Of a stretch of 64,000 bases of DNA, positions 10,282-20,026 are shown piece after piece (within the stretch, counting starts at the first letter, position 1; every line of letters begins with the position of its first letter). A model generated the notes under the pieces. That model searched no databases, had not been told where the DNA came from, and saw only the letters and a program-made list of their open reading frames with translations. The position numbers were made by a program, and so were the translations under genes. The stretch lies in NCBI GenBank assembly GCA_012520315.1, contig JAAYOM010000018.1, positions 3,530-67,529 on the forward strand, read 5' to 3'. The stretch comes from Bacillota bacterium (GTDB lineage: Bacteria; Bacillota; Limnochordia; Darwinibacteriales; Darwinibacteriaceae).

Positions 10282-10388
10282 TTGTTTCTTTTAGCATGCC
10301 GAGGAAGGGCATGTTCTATGTTCAGCAGGATTTACCCGATTTATGTCAAATATATCAATATTCAGACTTTTATGTCAAGGGGGATTGC

Positions 10389-11825
10389 ATGATTTTAGTT
10401 CATAGCGGAGTAACAGCGGGAATTGAAGGATTCTTAATCGATGTGGAGGTGGACATCCGTCCAGGTCTGCCTGGCTTTGAAATCGTTGGCCTCCCCAGCA
10501 AAACAGTGCGGGAAAGCCGGGAGCGTGTCCGCTCAGCCCTGCTGAACTCAGGCTTTAAGTTCCCGGCGCAAAAAGTAATTGTGAACTTAGCTCCAGCCCA
10601 CTACCCGAAAGACGGCGCTCTCTTTGATCTGCCCATCGCCTTAGGAATTTTGGCCCATCAGGGAGTACTGCCCCCTAGTGTATTTAGGCATGCGATCTTC
10701 GCAGGCGAACTGTCCTTAAGCGGGAGACTCAAACGCATTAATGGAGTGCTCAGCCTGGCAAAACTGGCTGCCGCATCAAGCTTAGGGTTCATTTTCCCTG
10801 CAGCCAATGCCTCCGAAGCCGCCCTAATCCAAGGAAACCGTTATTATCTGGCTGACTCCCTGCTGCATGCAATAGATATCTTGGCCGGCAGAGCCGCGCC
10901 TAGCCTCTACCCCCAAGGCAAACTGCCTAAGCATCAAGAGTGGGTGGGTAAAGAAATCAAGGGGCAACAACTGGCTAAAAGGGCGCTGGAAATTGCAGCC
11001 CACGGCGGCCATCACATCATGCTGATTGGTCCCCCTGGGGTGGGCAAGACGCTCCTGGCCACAGCGGCAAGGCATTTACTGCCTCCCCTCAGCCATGAGG
11101 AGATTCTAGTTGTGAACAAGATATACGAAGCAGCAGGAGTTTTGGGCAGCCAGGGTTCTCCCATCACCGAGCGTCCTTTTAGAACTCCCCATCACAGCAT
11201 CTCCCAGGCGGGTTTGGTCGGTTCGAAAAGTGGACGTCCCGGCGAGATCACCCTCGCCCATCTAGGCGTTCTACTTTTGGATGAGTTCCCCGAGTTTAAC
11301 CAAGGGGCCCTACAGGGCCTGCGTGAGCCCTTGGATCATAAAAAAATCCAGCTCTCCAGGGCAGAGCACACGATTACCTATCCCGCGGACTTTTGGCTGA
11401 TCGCCACTGCCAATCCTTGTCCCTGCGGCTATTTTGGCAGCGAGGTCCGCCTGTGCACCTGCAGCACCCGGGATATCAACCGCTACCGGCGCAAATTGAG
11501 GGGGCCGCTCCTTGATCGCTTTGATATCTTCACCTATCTCAGTCCCCTCACAGAACAGGAACTGCGCCAAGCAACAATCCCCTGGCCCCACAGGGGAACC
11601 AGAGGACAGAATGGGAAGCGCCAAGTACCAGCCGCCACATCTGAGGCGCTTGACTTTCTTTACCAGGCCCAGCACAAGCTGGAACTTTCAGTCAGGGGGT
11701 TTGAGAAGACGCGCAAATTAGCGGGCACCATCGCCGAGTTGGACGGCGACGCCCGCATCCAGACCCGGCATATGGCAGAGGCGCTCCAATATCGTTTCGA
11801 AAACTACAGGTACTTATTTGGCTGA
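10389..11825 (+). CDS. comM: Mg-chelatase-like AAA+ ATPase ComM/YifB
   Basis: ChlI/YifB architecture: N-terminal Lon-like domain, Walker A GPPGVGKT, C4 Zn motif (CPCGYF...CTC). Start at the internal Met preceded by AAGGGGGA. Its orientation is opposite to all its neighbours. Confidence 0.9.
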   Translation: MILVHSGVTAGIEGFLIDVEVDIRPGLPGFEIVGLPSKTVRESRERVRSALLNSGFKFPAQKVIVNLAPAHYPKDGALFDLPIALGILAHQGVLPPSVFRHAIFAGELSLSGRLKRINGVLSLAKLAAASSLGFIFPAANASEAALIQGNRYYLADSLLHAIDILAGRAAPSLYPQGKLPKHQEWVGKEIKGQQLAKRALEIAAHGGHHIMLIGPPGVGKTLLATAARHLLPPLSHEEILVVNKIYEAAGVLGSQGSPITERPFRTPHHSISQAGLVGSKSGRPGEITLAHLGVLLLDEFPEFNQGALQGLREPLDHKKIQLSRAEHTITYPADFWLIATANPCPCGYFGSEVRLCTCSTRDINRYRRKLRGPLLDRFDIFTYLSPLTEQELRQATIPWPHRGTRGQNGKRQVPAATSEALDFLYQAQHKLELSVRGFEKTRKLAGTIAELDGDARIQTRHMAEALQYRFENYRYLFG

Positions 11826-12281
11826 TCAGGCCTCCCAGGCCAGATTTTCCTTGGCCACCTTCAGCACAACAGAAGTGCCGGTGTTGTTAATGCCAGGAAT
11901 ATCCCGCAAAGTGTCGACCAAGAAGGTCAAAAGCTCGTCATTGCTGCCTACTACTACTTCAATGACCAAGTCATAATTTCCGGTGGAGAGGGCCACATAG
12001 CGGACTTCTGTAAGCTCGGCAAGTCTTGTGGCAATAGGCTGCAGCTGTCCCCGATCTACTTTCAGTCCAACAATGGCCACTGTCTGCAGGCCGACCTTAA
12101 AAGGATTGGCAATACCGACTATTTTCAAAAGGCCTTCATCCATCAACTTAGACACACGGCGCCTAACCGTTCCCTCGGCCAAACCCAGTTCATTGGCGAT
12201 GGTCAAAAAGGGCATGCGCCCATCCTGCTGCAGCAGGCTGATGATTTCGCGATCAAATTGGTCTAGGACAAATCCACTCAT
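11826..12281 (-). CDS. Lrp/AsnC family transcriptional regulator
   Basis: N-terminal HTH (DREIISLLQQDGRMPFLTIANELGLAEGTVRRRV) plus a C-terminal RAM domain ending ...TSVVLK. Its stop codon abuts the comM stop codon with zero intergenic bases. Confidence 0.8.
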   Translation of the reverse strand: MSGFVLDQFDREIISLLQQDGRMPFLTIANELGLAEGTVRRRVSKLMDEGLLKIVGIANPFKVGLQTVAIVGLKVDRGQLQPIATRLAELTEVRYVALSTGNYDLVIEVVVGSNDELLTFLVDTLRDIPGINNTGTSVVLKVAKENLAWEA

Positions 12282-12769
12282 CCCTGTACACCGTCCTTCT
12301 CCAGATAGTGGCCAAATGGCGCCCAATCGTAAATCTGCTTATGAATCTGCAGTACGATCGAGGTCTCTGTGCTAATTATCCCTTCAATCCTGGCAAACTG
12401 ATCATTGAGCAGTGTAACCAGCTCGTTGCGATTGGGCAGGACAACCATGGCAACTAAATCATAGCCTCCGGTGGTTACAGAAAGGTAGCGCACTGCTTCC
12501 AGATTTTCCAGAGCCGCGATAACAGCATCCATATAATGGCGATCCACTTTAAACCAGATAAAAGCCACAGTATCAAGACCCATCTTCAAAGGATCCGTCA
12601 CACCTACCGTTTTCATTACGCCGCTTTCCTCTAAACGTTTAACACGCTTGCGAATAGTGCCTTCTGAGACCCCCAAATAGGCTGCTAAGGTCACAAAAGT
12701 CATCCGCCCCTCTTGCTGCAAATGCGCTAAGATCTTCTTGTCCAAATCATCTAAAACATGTGGCTGCAC
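12278..12769 (-). CDS. Lrp/AsnC family transcriptional regulator (tandem paralog)
   Basis: HTH (DKKILAHLQQEGRMTFVTLAAYLGVSEGTIRKRV) plus RAM domain (...TSIVLQ); ATGA overlap with the downstream paralog. Confidence 0.8.
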   Translation of the reverse strand: MQPHVLDDLDKKILAHLQQEGRMTFVTLAAYLGVSEGTIRKRVKRLEESGVMKTVGVTDPLKMGLDTVAFIWFKVDRHYMDAVIAALENLEAVRYLSVTTGGYDLVAMVVLPNRNELVTLLNDQFARIEGIISTETSIVLQIHKQIYDWAPFGHYLEKDGVQG

Positions 12770-12865
12770 TGCACCTCACCCTTCCCCGCTTACTTATTCC
12801 ATCATTTTGTCTATTCATTTCTACGAAAAAATTAGTATTCCTTGTCCACATTGCAAATTTTTCCG

Positions 12866-12898
12866 CATAAAAAAGACTCGCTCTATAAAGCAAGTCTT
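12866..12898 (-). terminator. Rho-independent terminator downstream of the DD-carboxypeptidase gene
   Basis: Minus strand: AAGACTTGC-loop-GCGAGTCTT (one mismatch) followed by TTTTTTAT. Confidence 0.5.
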
Positions 12899-12915
12899 TC
12901 CTTCTGGGCAGCAGA

Positions 12916-14076
12916 CTATCGCTTGCGGATTAAATCCTGCAAAAAGCGTTTGACAGCGTCCCACATAACCTGAAACCAGTTTCCGCGCGCTACATCTTCC
13001 GCAGCCAAGAGCGGGACTTGCTTGCTCAGCTGTTCTTGAACATAAATGCTTAACACCCCAACCTGGCTGTCCTTTTCCACAGGAGCCTCCAGTTCCCTGG
13101 TCTGAATCCCTAAGCTCACATTTTTGTCAATACTCTTTGGAACAGTAATAATCGGTTCACTGATGGTGATACCCACCTGAGACTGTTTGCCCTTGTAGAC
13201 GGCGGCCTTTTTGTCTTCTAAGAGACGGGAAATATTCACCAGGTCAAAGTTACGATAACCATAGTTGAGGAGCGTTGTCATCTCCTGTTCCCTTTTCGCC
13301 TCACTGGTTGCGCCAAGCACGACACCGATCAGCCTTCTATTATTTTGCACCGCGGTGCCGACAAGATTATACCCGGCAACCTGCAAATGGCCGGTTTTTA
13401 ACCCGTCTGCCCCTTCGTAGGAGCGCAACAGGCCGTTGCGGTTGGTCTGCACAATCGGCTGCCTGCTGGAACGGGGCTGATAGGAAAAGGACTGTTTCTG
13501 ATGATACTGTACAGCCTCGGGATGATCCTTGAGGTAATGGTGAACCAAAATGGCTATACCTTCAGCAGTAATCGAGTTGTCTGCCGACAAGCCGTGGACA
13601 TCAGCAAAATGCAGTTCTAAGTTGAGCGCTTTCGCCTTCTCATTCATCCGGCCCACAAAGACTTCCTGACTGCCGGAGATTGCTTCAGCTAAAGCTACAC
13701 AGGCATCATTGCCCGAGACTATAGCAATGCCCTCCAGCAGCTGTTCAATCGTTACCACTTCACCCGGCTCCAAAAACATTTTAGAGCCGGTCATCCGCCA
13801 GGCCGCTTCACTGACGGTAGCTGTGTCCTGCAGACTGATGCGTCCTGCTGCAACTTCATCCAGGGCTACATACATAGTCATAATCTTCACTAGACTGGCA
13901 GGAACATGTGCATCCTTGCCGTTTTGGGAAAACAGAATCTGTCCAGATTCAAAGTCCCACAGTACAGCTGATTTTGCCTCCAGTTCAAAGGGGAGTGTTT
14001 GTTGAGCAAGGGTTTGGACTGGAATAGCCAGAATAATAAACATGATTAAAATAAGGCCGATAGATTTACGTTTCAT
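12916..14076 (-). CDS. Serine-type D-Ala-D-Ala carboxypeptidase (PBP5/DacB-DacF family)
   Basis: Signal peptide and the SxxK (SLVK), SGN (SGND) and KTG (KTGH) motifs of the low-MW PBP class. Confidence 0.85.
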   Translation of the reverse strand: MKRKSIGLILIMFIILAIPVQTLAQQTLPFELEAKSAVLWDFESGQILFSQNGKDAHVPASLVKIMTMYVALDEVAAGRISLQDTATVSEAAWRMTGSKMFLEPGEVVTIEQLLEGIAIVSGNDACVALAEAISGSQEVFVGRMNEKAKALNLELHFADVHGLSADNSITAEGIAILVHHYLKDHPEAVQYHQKQSFSYQPRSSRQPIVQTNRNGLLRSYEGADGLKTGHLQVAGYNLVGTAVQNNRRLIGVVLGATSEAKREQEMTTLLNYGYRNFDLVNISRLLEDKKAAVYKGKQSQVGITISEPIITVPKSIDKNVSLGIQTRELEAPVEKDSQVGVLSIYVQEQLSKQVPLLAAEDVARGNWFQVMWDAVKRFLQDLIRKR

Positions 14077-14417
14077 TCAAAAGCTCCCTTCACCCAGTTA
14101 AATATATAACCAGCCCCTGCAGGGCTGATTCCGATCACATCAAAGCGCACATAGGGTACCGCACCGGGATACCTTGGATAACGCTGTAAATAGGCGCCGG
14201 CCACCAGTTTGATTTTCGCCATCTTCGCCGGTGTCACCTGTTCGAGGGGGGTTCCCCAGCGTTTTGAAGTGCGATACTTGACTTCAACAAAGACCAAAAA
14301 CTTGCCGTCTTCCATAATCAAATCGATCTCACCGAACCGCATCCGGTAGTTTGCTTCGACAAACTTGAGGCCCTGCCCGATCAAATACTCCTTAGCCAGC
14401 TGTTCTCCAAAGTTCAT
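14073..14417 (-). CDS. yraN: UPF0102/YraN family putative endonuclease
   Basis: 114 aa, YraN-like (FVEVKYRT... core), downstream of rnhB as in many Firmicutes. Confidence 0.85.
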   Translation of the reverse strand: MNFGEQLAKEYLIGQGLKFVEANYRMRFGEIDLIMEDGKFLVFVEVKYRTSKRWGTPLEQVTPAKMAKIKLVAGAYLQRYPRYPGAVPYVRFDVIGISPAGAGYIFNWVKGAFE

Positions 14418-15007
14418 AGTCCGCCCGCCAGTTTGAAGGAATTTCTGTGCAAGGGGCAGCGACCGTATTTTTCAATCATTTCCCGGTGTTCCTTAGTAGC
14501 ATATCCTTTATTCCGGCCAAAATTGTACAGCGGGTATATTTCACTATACTTGTCCATCAGCCGGTCACGCTCCACTTTTGCCACGATGCTTGCGGCCGCA
14601 ATGGAGATGGACAAATTATCGCCCCCGACAATTGCCCTTTGGGGCCAGGGCAGTTTGGGAATTTCCTGATTCCCGTCTACTAGGCAAAAATCAAGCTCCC
14701 CAGGGAAGTGCTCTAAAGCCCTTCGCATTGCCAAAAATGTTGCCTGCAGAATGTTCAGCTCATCGATCTCGCTAACAGTCGCCAGACCCACCCCAACATG
14801 GCAAGTGCTTAATATCTCTTCGTAGGCAAGCTCCCGTTTTCTAGGGGAGAGACGTTTGGAATCGCGGATTTCCACAGAAAAATCTTCCGGAACAATCTGC
14901 ACTGCAGCTGCCACCACCGGACCGGCTAAAGGTCCCCGACCCGCCTCATCCACTCCGACAATGCGCAAGCAAGACCGCTCCCGCAAGTTAGTCTCGATTG
15001 TCCACAT
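14414..15007 (-). CDS. rnhB: Ribonuclease HII
   Basis: VGVDEAGRGPLAGPVVAAAV catalytic motif. Start trimmed to an internal Met so that it does not overlap rbgA. Confidence 0.9.
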   Translation of the reverse strand: MWTIETNLRERSCLRIVGVDEAGRGPLAGPVVAAAVQIVPEDFSVEIRDSKRLSPRKRELAYEEILSTCHVGVGLATVSEIDELNILQATFLAMRRALEHFPGELDFCLVDGNQEIPKLPWPQRAIVGGDNLSISIAAASIVAKVERDRLMDKYSEIYPLYNFGRNKGYATKEHREMIEKYGRCPLHRNSFKLAGGL

Positions 15008-15818
15008 GCCCCTGATCATCCCCCGTTCTATCCAGTGTGATCCTGCCAAGCTTGCCCGTGCGAAAATCCTTAAGCACAACAGCAGCGGCCTGATTAAAAT
15101 CCACTACCCCTCCCCGCAGGAGGCAGCCCCGTCTGCGGCCGATTTCCTCCAAAGGATTGTCCTCAGCTGCCAAGCTTCCGTAGCGCTCTGTGAGGGCATG
15201 GGGATACTCTGCCTGCAAAAATTCCAGGAACCACCAGGCAATTTCCACTTGATCCACAACTTCATCGCGGATCGATGCTACCAGCACCAGCCGTTTGGCA
15301 ATTTCCTGATCTTCGAATTTTGGCCACAAGAGACCCGGACTATCTAGAAGCTGCATTCCAGGGGCAGAAAGCCATTGCTTTCCCCTGGTAACTCCCGGCC
15401 GTGCCCCGACTGCTGCACCTTTTCTCCTGGTTAGACCATTGATTAAGGTGGATTTTCCCACATTGGGAATGCCTGCCACCAAGAGGCGCGGCCGACGCTT
15501 CAACTCGGGAAAAGTTTTGGAAACCCACTGTCTGATCACATTCAGTCCCTGACCCTGCAAGAGGTTGACAGGGGCAACGTTTTCTCCCTGACCTTGCCAG
15601 TGCTTGATCCAGCGGTCCGTAGCCTCAGGATCTGCCAAGTCTGTCTTGGTCAGCACGATCAGCCGCGGCTTGGCCGTAAGATCCTGAAGTTCCGGATTGC
15701 GGCTGCTCAAAGGCACCCTGGCATCTACTGCCTCCAGGAGCCCGTCCACAAGTTTCAGTTCTTCCTGGATCATCCTTTTGGCCCGGGTCATATGCCCGGG
15801 ATACCATTGAATGGTCAT
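14988..15818 (-). CDS. rbgA: Ribosome biogenesis GTPase A (RbgA/YlqF)
   Basis: Circularly permuted GTPase (MTIQWYPGHMTRA..., GIPNVGKSTLIN). Confidence 0.9.
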   Translation of the reverse strand: MTIQWYPGHMTRAKRMIQEELKLVDGLLEAVDARVPLSSRNPELQDLTAKPRLIVLTKTDLADPEATDRWIKHWQGQGENVAPVNLLQGQGLNVIRQWVSKTFPELKRRPRLLVAGIPNVGKSTLINGLTRRKGAAVGARPGVTRGKQWLSAPGMQLLDSPGLLWPKFEDQEIAKRLVLVASIRDEVVDQVEIAWWFLEFLQAEYPHALTERYGSLAAEDNPLEEIGRRRGCLLRGGVVDFNQAAAVVLKDFRTGKLGRITLDRTGDDQGHVDNRD

Positions 15819-16381
15819 GATGCGGTGTCAATCCTTTCCAACACCCTTGGTATGTTGAGCGGCCGGGCCTGGCCCAGGGGCCAGTAAATAAACAACGCTC
15901 TGCCAAGTAGGTTCTTTCTAGGCACAAAGCCAACATCGGGATAGCGGCTGTCGTCGCTGTTGCGCCTGTTATCCCCTAACACAAAGTAATGCCCCTTGGG
16001 CACCAGTACCGGCCCGAAAGTGGGCGCGCTGTACGTTCCGTAGGTAGGCCCATTGATATAATTTTCATCCATGCGTAACCCATTGATATAGAGCAGTCCG
16101 TTCTTGATCGTTATCTCGTCCCCCGGCAGACCTATAATCCGCTTGATAAATTTACGCCTTTGATCCCCGGGATAGCGAAAGACCACCACTTCACCCCGGC
16201 TCGGTTCTCTGAAGTGATAGGTTACTTTTTCCACGAAAAGCCTTTGGCCATGATAGAGTGACGGTTCCATCGAACTGCCTTCCACCAGGAAGGATTGTGC
16301 AACAAATACGATTATTAGCGCAGCTAGGCCAATTGAGATCGCTAAAGCTTCTATGTACTCCCTAAGCTCGGACTTTGCCAT
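15815..16381 (-). CDS. lepB: Signal peptidase I
   Basis: N-terminal TM segment plus the catalytic SM motif (EGSSMEPSL) and S26 boxes. Confidence 0.9.
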   Translation of the reverse strand: MAKSELREYIEALAISIGLAALIIVFVAQSFLVEGSSMEPSLYHGQRLFVEKVTYHFREPSRGEVVVFRYPGDQRRKFIKRIIGLPGDEITIKNGLLYINGLRMDENYINGPTYGTYSAPTFGPVLVPKGHYFVLGDNRRNSDDSRYPDVGFVPRKNLLGRALFIYWPLGQARPLNIPRVLERIDTAS

Positions 16382-16410
16382 CTATGTGCCTCCACTTCAG
16401 CTAGATGTGA

Positions 16411-16436
16411 AAAAGAGGAGTGTGTACCACTCCCCC
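16411..16436 (-). terminator. Weak stem-loop with T-run downstream of rplS
   Basis: Minus strand: GGAGTG-GTACA-CACTCC followed by TCTTTTT, between rplS and lepB. Confidence 0.35.
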
Positions 16437-16457
16437 TTAGGGTTACCATACCCAACA

Positions 16458-16802
16458 CTACAGGCGGCGCTCCTTGATACGGGCAGCTCTGCCTGAACGT
16501 TCTCTGAGATAGTACAAACGGGCCCGGCGCACCTTACCATGGCGAATTACCTCGATTTTTTCAATACGGGGTGAGTGCAGGGGCCATGTTCTTTCTACGC
16601 CCACACCTTGAGAAACTTTTCTCACCGTGAAATTTTCGCGAATTCCGCCGCCTCCACGCCTGAGAACTACACCTTCAAAGACTTGAATTCTCTCGTTCGA
16701 GCCTTCCACAACCTTAACGTGGACACGCACAGTATCACCAGCACCAAACTGGGGATGATCAGAGCGAAGTTGTTCTTTTTCAATTACATCAATCAGATTC
16801 AT
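16458..16802 (-). CDS. rplS: 50S ribosomal protein L19
   Basis: 114 aa, bL19 signature ([28 protein letters not shown]). Confidence 0.95.
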   Translation of the reverse strand: MNLIDVIEKEQLRSDHPQFGAGDTVRVHVKVVEGSNERIQVFEGVVLRRGGGGIRENFTVRKVSQGVGVERTWPLHSPRIEKIEVIRHGKVRRARLYYLRERSGRAARIKERRL

Positions 16803-17553
16803 TGGAATTTACCCTCCCCTCAGCGGAATATTCTGCAGCCAGCTCCTCAAGCAGCCGGCATTCTTCCGTTGATAGATCTTTTTTTGCTAATAAATCAGGT
16901 CGACGCTCAAGCGTACGACGCAAGGCCTCCTTGAGCCGATAGCGGGCGATTCTCTCATGATGACCGCTTAAGAGAACCTTTGGAACAGACAGGCCGCGAA
17001 ACTCGGCAGGCCTAGTATAATGTGGATGGTCCAGCAAACCATCTTGAAAGGAGTCTTGCTGAAACGAGGACTCATCACCTAAGACCCCGGGCAAAAGCCT
17101 GGCAACCGCATCTACGACCACCATGGCGGGCAATTCTCCTCCCGTTAAAACATAATCTCCAATAGACAGTTCAAAGTCAACCCAGTGCTGCCTAACCCGC
17201 TCGTCAATTTCCTCATAGTGCCCGCTTAACAGAATCAGGCGGGGCAGCTTAGCCAATTGTGCCGCCAGCTCTTGATTAAACACCCGTCCCTGGGGCGACA
17301 GGTAAATGACCGGTGCGTCCGAACCGTCCCGTACCGCCTCAATAGCCGGCACCAGGACATCGGCCTTCAGCACCATGCCTGCACCGCCCCCATAAGGCGC
17401 ATCATCAACAATCCTATGTTTATCAAGGGCCCAGTCACGTATATTCCAGATGTCTATCGAAACCAGTCCGCTCTCTCGGGCCTTACCGAGGATGCTCGCG
17501 GTTAAAGGTCCGCTGAACATCTCTGGAAACAAGGTGAGGATGTCAAAATGCAT
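16789..17553 (-). CDS. trmD: tRNA (guanine37-N1)-methyltransferase
   Basis: SPOUT-fold TrmD ([13 protein letters not shown]...); start set at the internal Met. Confidence 0.95.
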   Translation of the reverse strand: MHFDILTLFPEMFSGPLTASILGKARESGLVSIDIWNIRDWALDKHRIVDDAPYGGGAGMVLKADVLVPAIEAVRDGSDAPVIYLSPQGRVFNQELAAQLAKLPRLILLSGHYEEIDERVRQHWVDFELSIGDYVLTGGELPAMVVVDAVARLLPGVLGDESSFQQDSFQDGLLDHPHYTRPAEFRGLSVPKVLLSGHHERIARYRLKEALRRTLERRPDLLAKKDLSTEECRLLEELAAEYSAEGRVNSNESD

Positions 17554-17567
17554 GTCATACCTCCCCA

Positions 17568-18104
17568 TTAGTCGAGCAAGCCGTCAAGGAGCTCAACTAA
17601 AACATAACCTTCTTCAGGCTTGATCTCCAGCACTACTTGGGGAATAACAGGGATTAGGACTTCTCTGAGCTTGGTCACACCGGCGTAAGGCTTGATCACA
17701 TAGACATCATTGGCACCTGTCTGCAAGACATCTGTAATCACACCCAGTTTCTCTCCTGAGACGGTTTTGCATTCCAGGCCAATGAGCTGAAACACATAAT
17801 AGCGGCCAGGCGGCAGCGGTTCCAGTTCATCTACGCTGAGCTTGATCAGCATCTTGCGCAAATCCTCAGCCTCGGAGATAGTGTCTACACCCTCCAGTTT
17901 GAGAACTATTGCACCTTTGTGTTCACGGCAGCCTTCGATGGCAAACAAGCCGGCAGGCTCCGCTGAGTTCTCTGCGAACAGGAGGACGCTTTCCATCTCA
18001 AAAAAGCGCTCCGGTCTTTCCGTATAAGGGATGACTTTTACTTCACCCCGATTGCCCTGAGGAGATACAATTTCTCCAATCACAACAAACTTACTGTCTT
18101 TCAT
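17568..18104 (-). CDS. rimM: 16S rRNA processing protein RimM
   Basis: RimM N-terminal motif ([18 protein letters not shown]) and PRC barrel; sits between the KH-protein gene and trmD. Confidence 0.9.
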   Translation of the reverse strand: MKDSKFVVIGEIVSPQGNRGEVKVIPYTERPERFFEMESVLLFAENSAEPAGLFAIEGCREHKGAIVLKLEGVDTISEAEDLRKMLIKLSVDELEPLPPGRYYVFQLIGLECKTVSGEKLGVITDVLQTGANDVYVIKPYAGVTKLREVLIPVIPQVVLEIKPEEGYVLVELLDGLLD

Positions 18105-18327
18105 CGATCTCCACATGGACTTGGACTCCAGATTTAATGGCCGAAGCCTTTACCACGGTGCGAATGGCCTTGGCTATCCTGCCGCCTTTACCAATCAGGC
18201 GGCCCATATCTTCCGGCGCCACATACATAGTATAGACTGTCTCATGTCCCTTGTCATGAGCTTCAACCATGACCTGTTCCGGGTTGTCAGCAAGAGACTT
18301 CCCTATAAATTCTACCAGGTTCTTCAC
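18091..18327 (-). CDS. KH-domain RNA-binding protein (YlqC/UPF0109)
   Basis: 78 aa with a GxxG KH motif (IGKGGRIAKAIR). Confidence 0.85.
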   Translation of the reverse strand: MKNLVEFIGKSLADNPEQVMVEAHDKGHETVYTMYVAPEDMGRLIGKGGRIAKAIRTVVKASAIKSGVQVHVEIDERQ

Positions 18328-18338
18328 ACAAACACCCC

Positions 18339-18611
18339 CTATCCCTGTTTACGGGATGCGGCCAACTTATCCATTACTCCAGTCCTTTTTAACAGCGCTT
18401 TTGCTGTATCGGACGGTTGGGCTCCTTTTTGCAGCCAATCAAGTGCTTTTGCCTCATCGATTTCAAGCTCAACAGGCTCTGCAATAGGATTGTAGAAACC
18501 TAGGGTATCGATGAATGCACCATCACGGGCTGCTCGAGAATCAGCCACAACTAATCTGTAAAAGGGTCTCTTCTTTGCACCCATTCTCTTCAAACGAATT
18601 TTCACTGCCAT
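18339..18611 (-). CDS. rpsP: 30S ribosomal protein S16
   Basis: [31 protein letters not shown] is the bS16 signature. Confidence 0.95.
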   Translation of the reverse strand: MAVKIRLKRMGAKKRPFYRLVVADSRAARDGAFIDTLGFYNPIAEPVELEIDEAKALDWLQKGAQPSDTAKALLKRTGVMDKLAASRKQG

Positions 18612-18666
18612 CTACTTTCACCTCCTGCCAGCATATCATCTTGCCAAGTCAAAACTCAGCAAGGAT

Positions 18667-20016
18667 TTATTGGAATAGGGAAAACATTCCCTTTCTTCTA
18701 CGCCCCCTGGATTTGCCCATGGAAGCGCTAGAAAACTGTTTTAGCATTTGCTTGGTTTGGCTGAACTGCTTCAGCAGGCGATTCACATCTTGGATGCGCG
18801 TGCCCGAACCGGCAGCAATTCTTTTTCGCCTTGACCCGCCGATAATCTCGGGACGACGCCGTTCCTCGGGAGTCATTGACTGGATAATGGCTTCAATCTT
18901 TTTCAGATGTGACTCGTCAACTTCCAGATTGCGCAGCTGTTTCGCACTGCCCAAACCGGGAATCATGCCAACCAGCTGGTCAATTGGGCCCATTTCTTTC
19001 ATCTGGCTGAGCTGTTCCTGAAAGTCCTCCAGGGTAAACTCGGCCTCCCTCAGTTTGGCAGCCATTTTCTCCGCCTTTTCTTCATCAACGGCGGAGACTG
19101 CCTTTTCAATCAGGGTCAACATGTCACCCATGCCCAGAATTCTGGAGGCCATGCGATCGGGGTGGAAAGGCTCCAGGCCGTCCATCTTTTCACTCACACC
19201 TACATACTTGATGGGTTTGCCTGTTACAGCTTTTACTGAAAGGGCTGCTCCGCCCCTGGCATCTCCGTCAAGTTTGGTAAGGACAATGCCGCCGATCTCC
19301 AGGCGTTCATTGAAGCTCTTCGCCACGTTCACAGCATCCTGGCCGGTCATGGCATCCACTACAAGCAAAATCTCAGACGGACTGACCGCATCCTTAATGT
19401 TCACAAGCTCTTCCATAAGCTCGTCATCGACATGCAGACGGCCGGCCGTATCAATCAGCACAACATCATTATTATGACTTTGGGCATGGCTCATCGCTGC
19501 TTTAGAGATATCAACCGGATTTTGCTCTCCCATAGTGAAAACCGGGATATCGATCTGTTCTCCGAGTGTTTGGAGCTGCTGGATGGCTGCGGGCCGATAA
19601 ACGTCACAGGCCACGAGCAAGGGACGGTGTCCCTGGGCTTTGAGCATGCGGGCAAGTTTACCGGAAGTTGTAGTCTTTCCCGAACCCTGCAAACCAACCA
19701 TTAAAATTACACTGGGAGGTTTCGACGCGAGAGTCAGCTTGGCTTGGGTTCCGCCCATGAGCTGCGTCAACTCTTCGTTTACAATACGAACAACCTGCTG
19801 CCCGGGGGTGAGACTCTTGAGCACTTCCTGGCCGGTTGCCCTTTCCTTCACATGGGCAACAAAATCTTTCACCACTTTATAGTTAACGTCAGCCTCCAGA
19901 AGGGCTAAGCGTATTTCCCGCAGAATCTCATCGACATCTTTTTCGCTAAGTCTGCCTTTACCCCGTAATTTGCGCATCGTATCCTGCAGGCGGGCTGATA
20001 AGTTTTGAAAAGCCAT
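18667..20016 (-). CDS. ffh: Signal recognition particle protein Ffh
   Basis: N/G domains with GLQGSGKTTT plus a Met-rich M domain. Confidence 0.95.
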   Translation of the reverse strand: MAFQNLSARLQDTMRKLRGKGRLSEKDVDEILREIRLALLEADVNYKVVKDFVAHVKERATGQEVLKSLTPGQQVVRIVNEELTQLMGGTQAKLTLASKPPSVILMVGLQGSGKTTTSGKLARMLKAQGHRPLLVACDVYRPAAIQQLQTLGEQIDIPVFTMGEQNPVDISKAAMSHAQSHNNDVVLIDTAGRLHVDDELMEELVNIKDAVSPSEILLVVDAMTGQDAVNVAKSFNERLEIGGIVLTKLDGDARGGAALSVKAVTGKPIKYVGVSEKMDGLEPFHPDRMASRILGMGDMLTLIEKAVSAVDEEKAEKMAAKLREAEFTLEDFQEQLSQMKEMGPIDQLVGMIPGLGSAKQLRNLEVDESHLKKIEAIIQSMTPEERRRPEIIGGSRRKRIAAGSGTRIQDVNRLLKQFSQTKQMLKQFSSASMGKSRGRRRKGMFSLFQ

Positions 20017-20026
20017 ATACTCCCTC

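Noticed and set aside
11826-12769. Possibility that the tandem AsnC-like pair are AhbA/AhbB siroheme decarboxylase subunits
   Set aside because: Both proteins retain the canonical Lrp RAM-domain C-terminus (...GGYDLV...TSIVL/TSVVLK), which is typical of true Lrp regulators, and there are no neighbouring heme-biosynthesis genes.
12738-12953. 71-aa Cys-containing plus-strand ORF between the Lrp pair and the carboxypeptidase gene
   Set aside because: It overlaps the N-terminus of the Lrp gene on the opposite strand and the terminator region, and has no RBS. It is probably spurious, although a small Cys peptide cannot be fully excluded.
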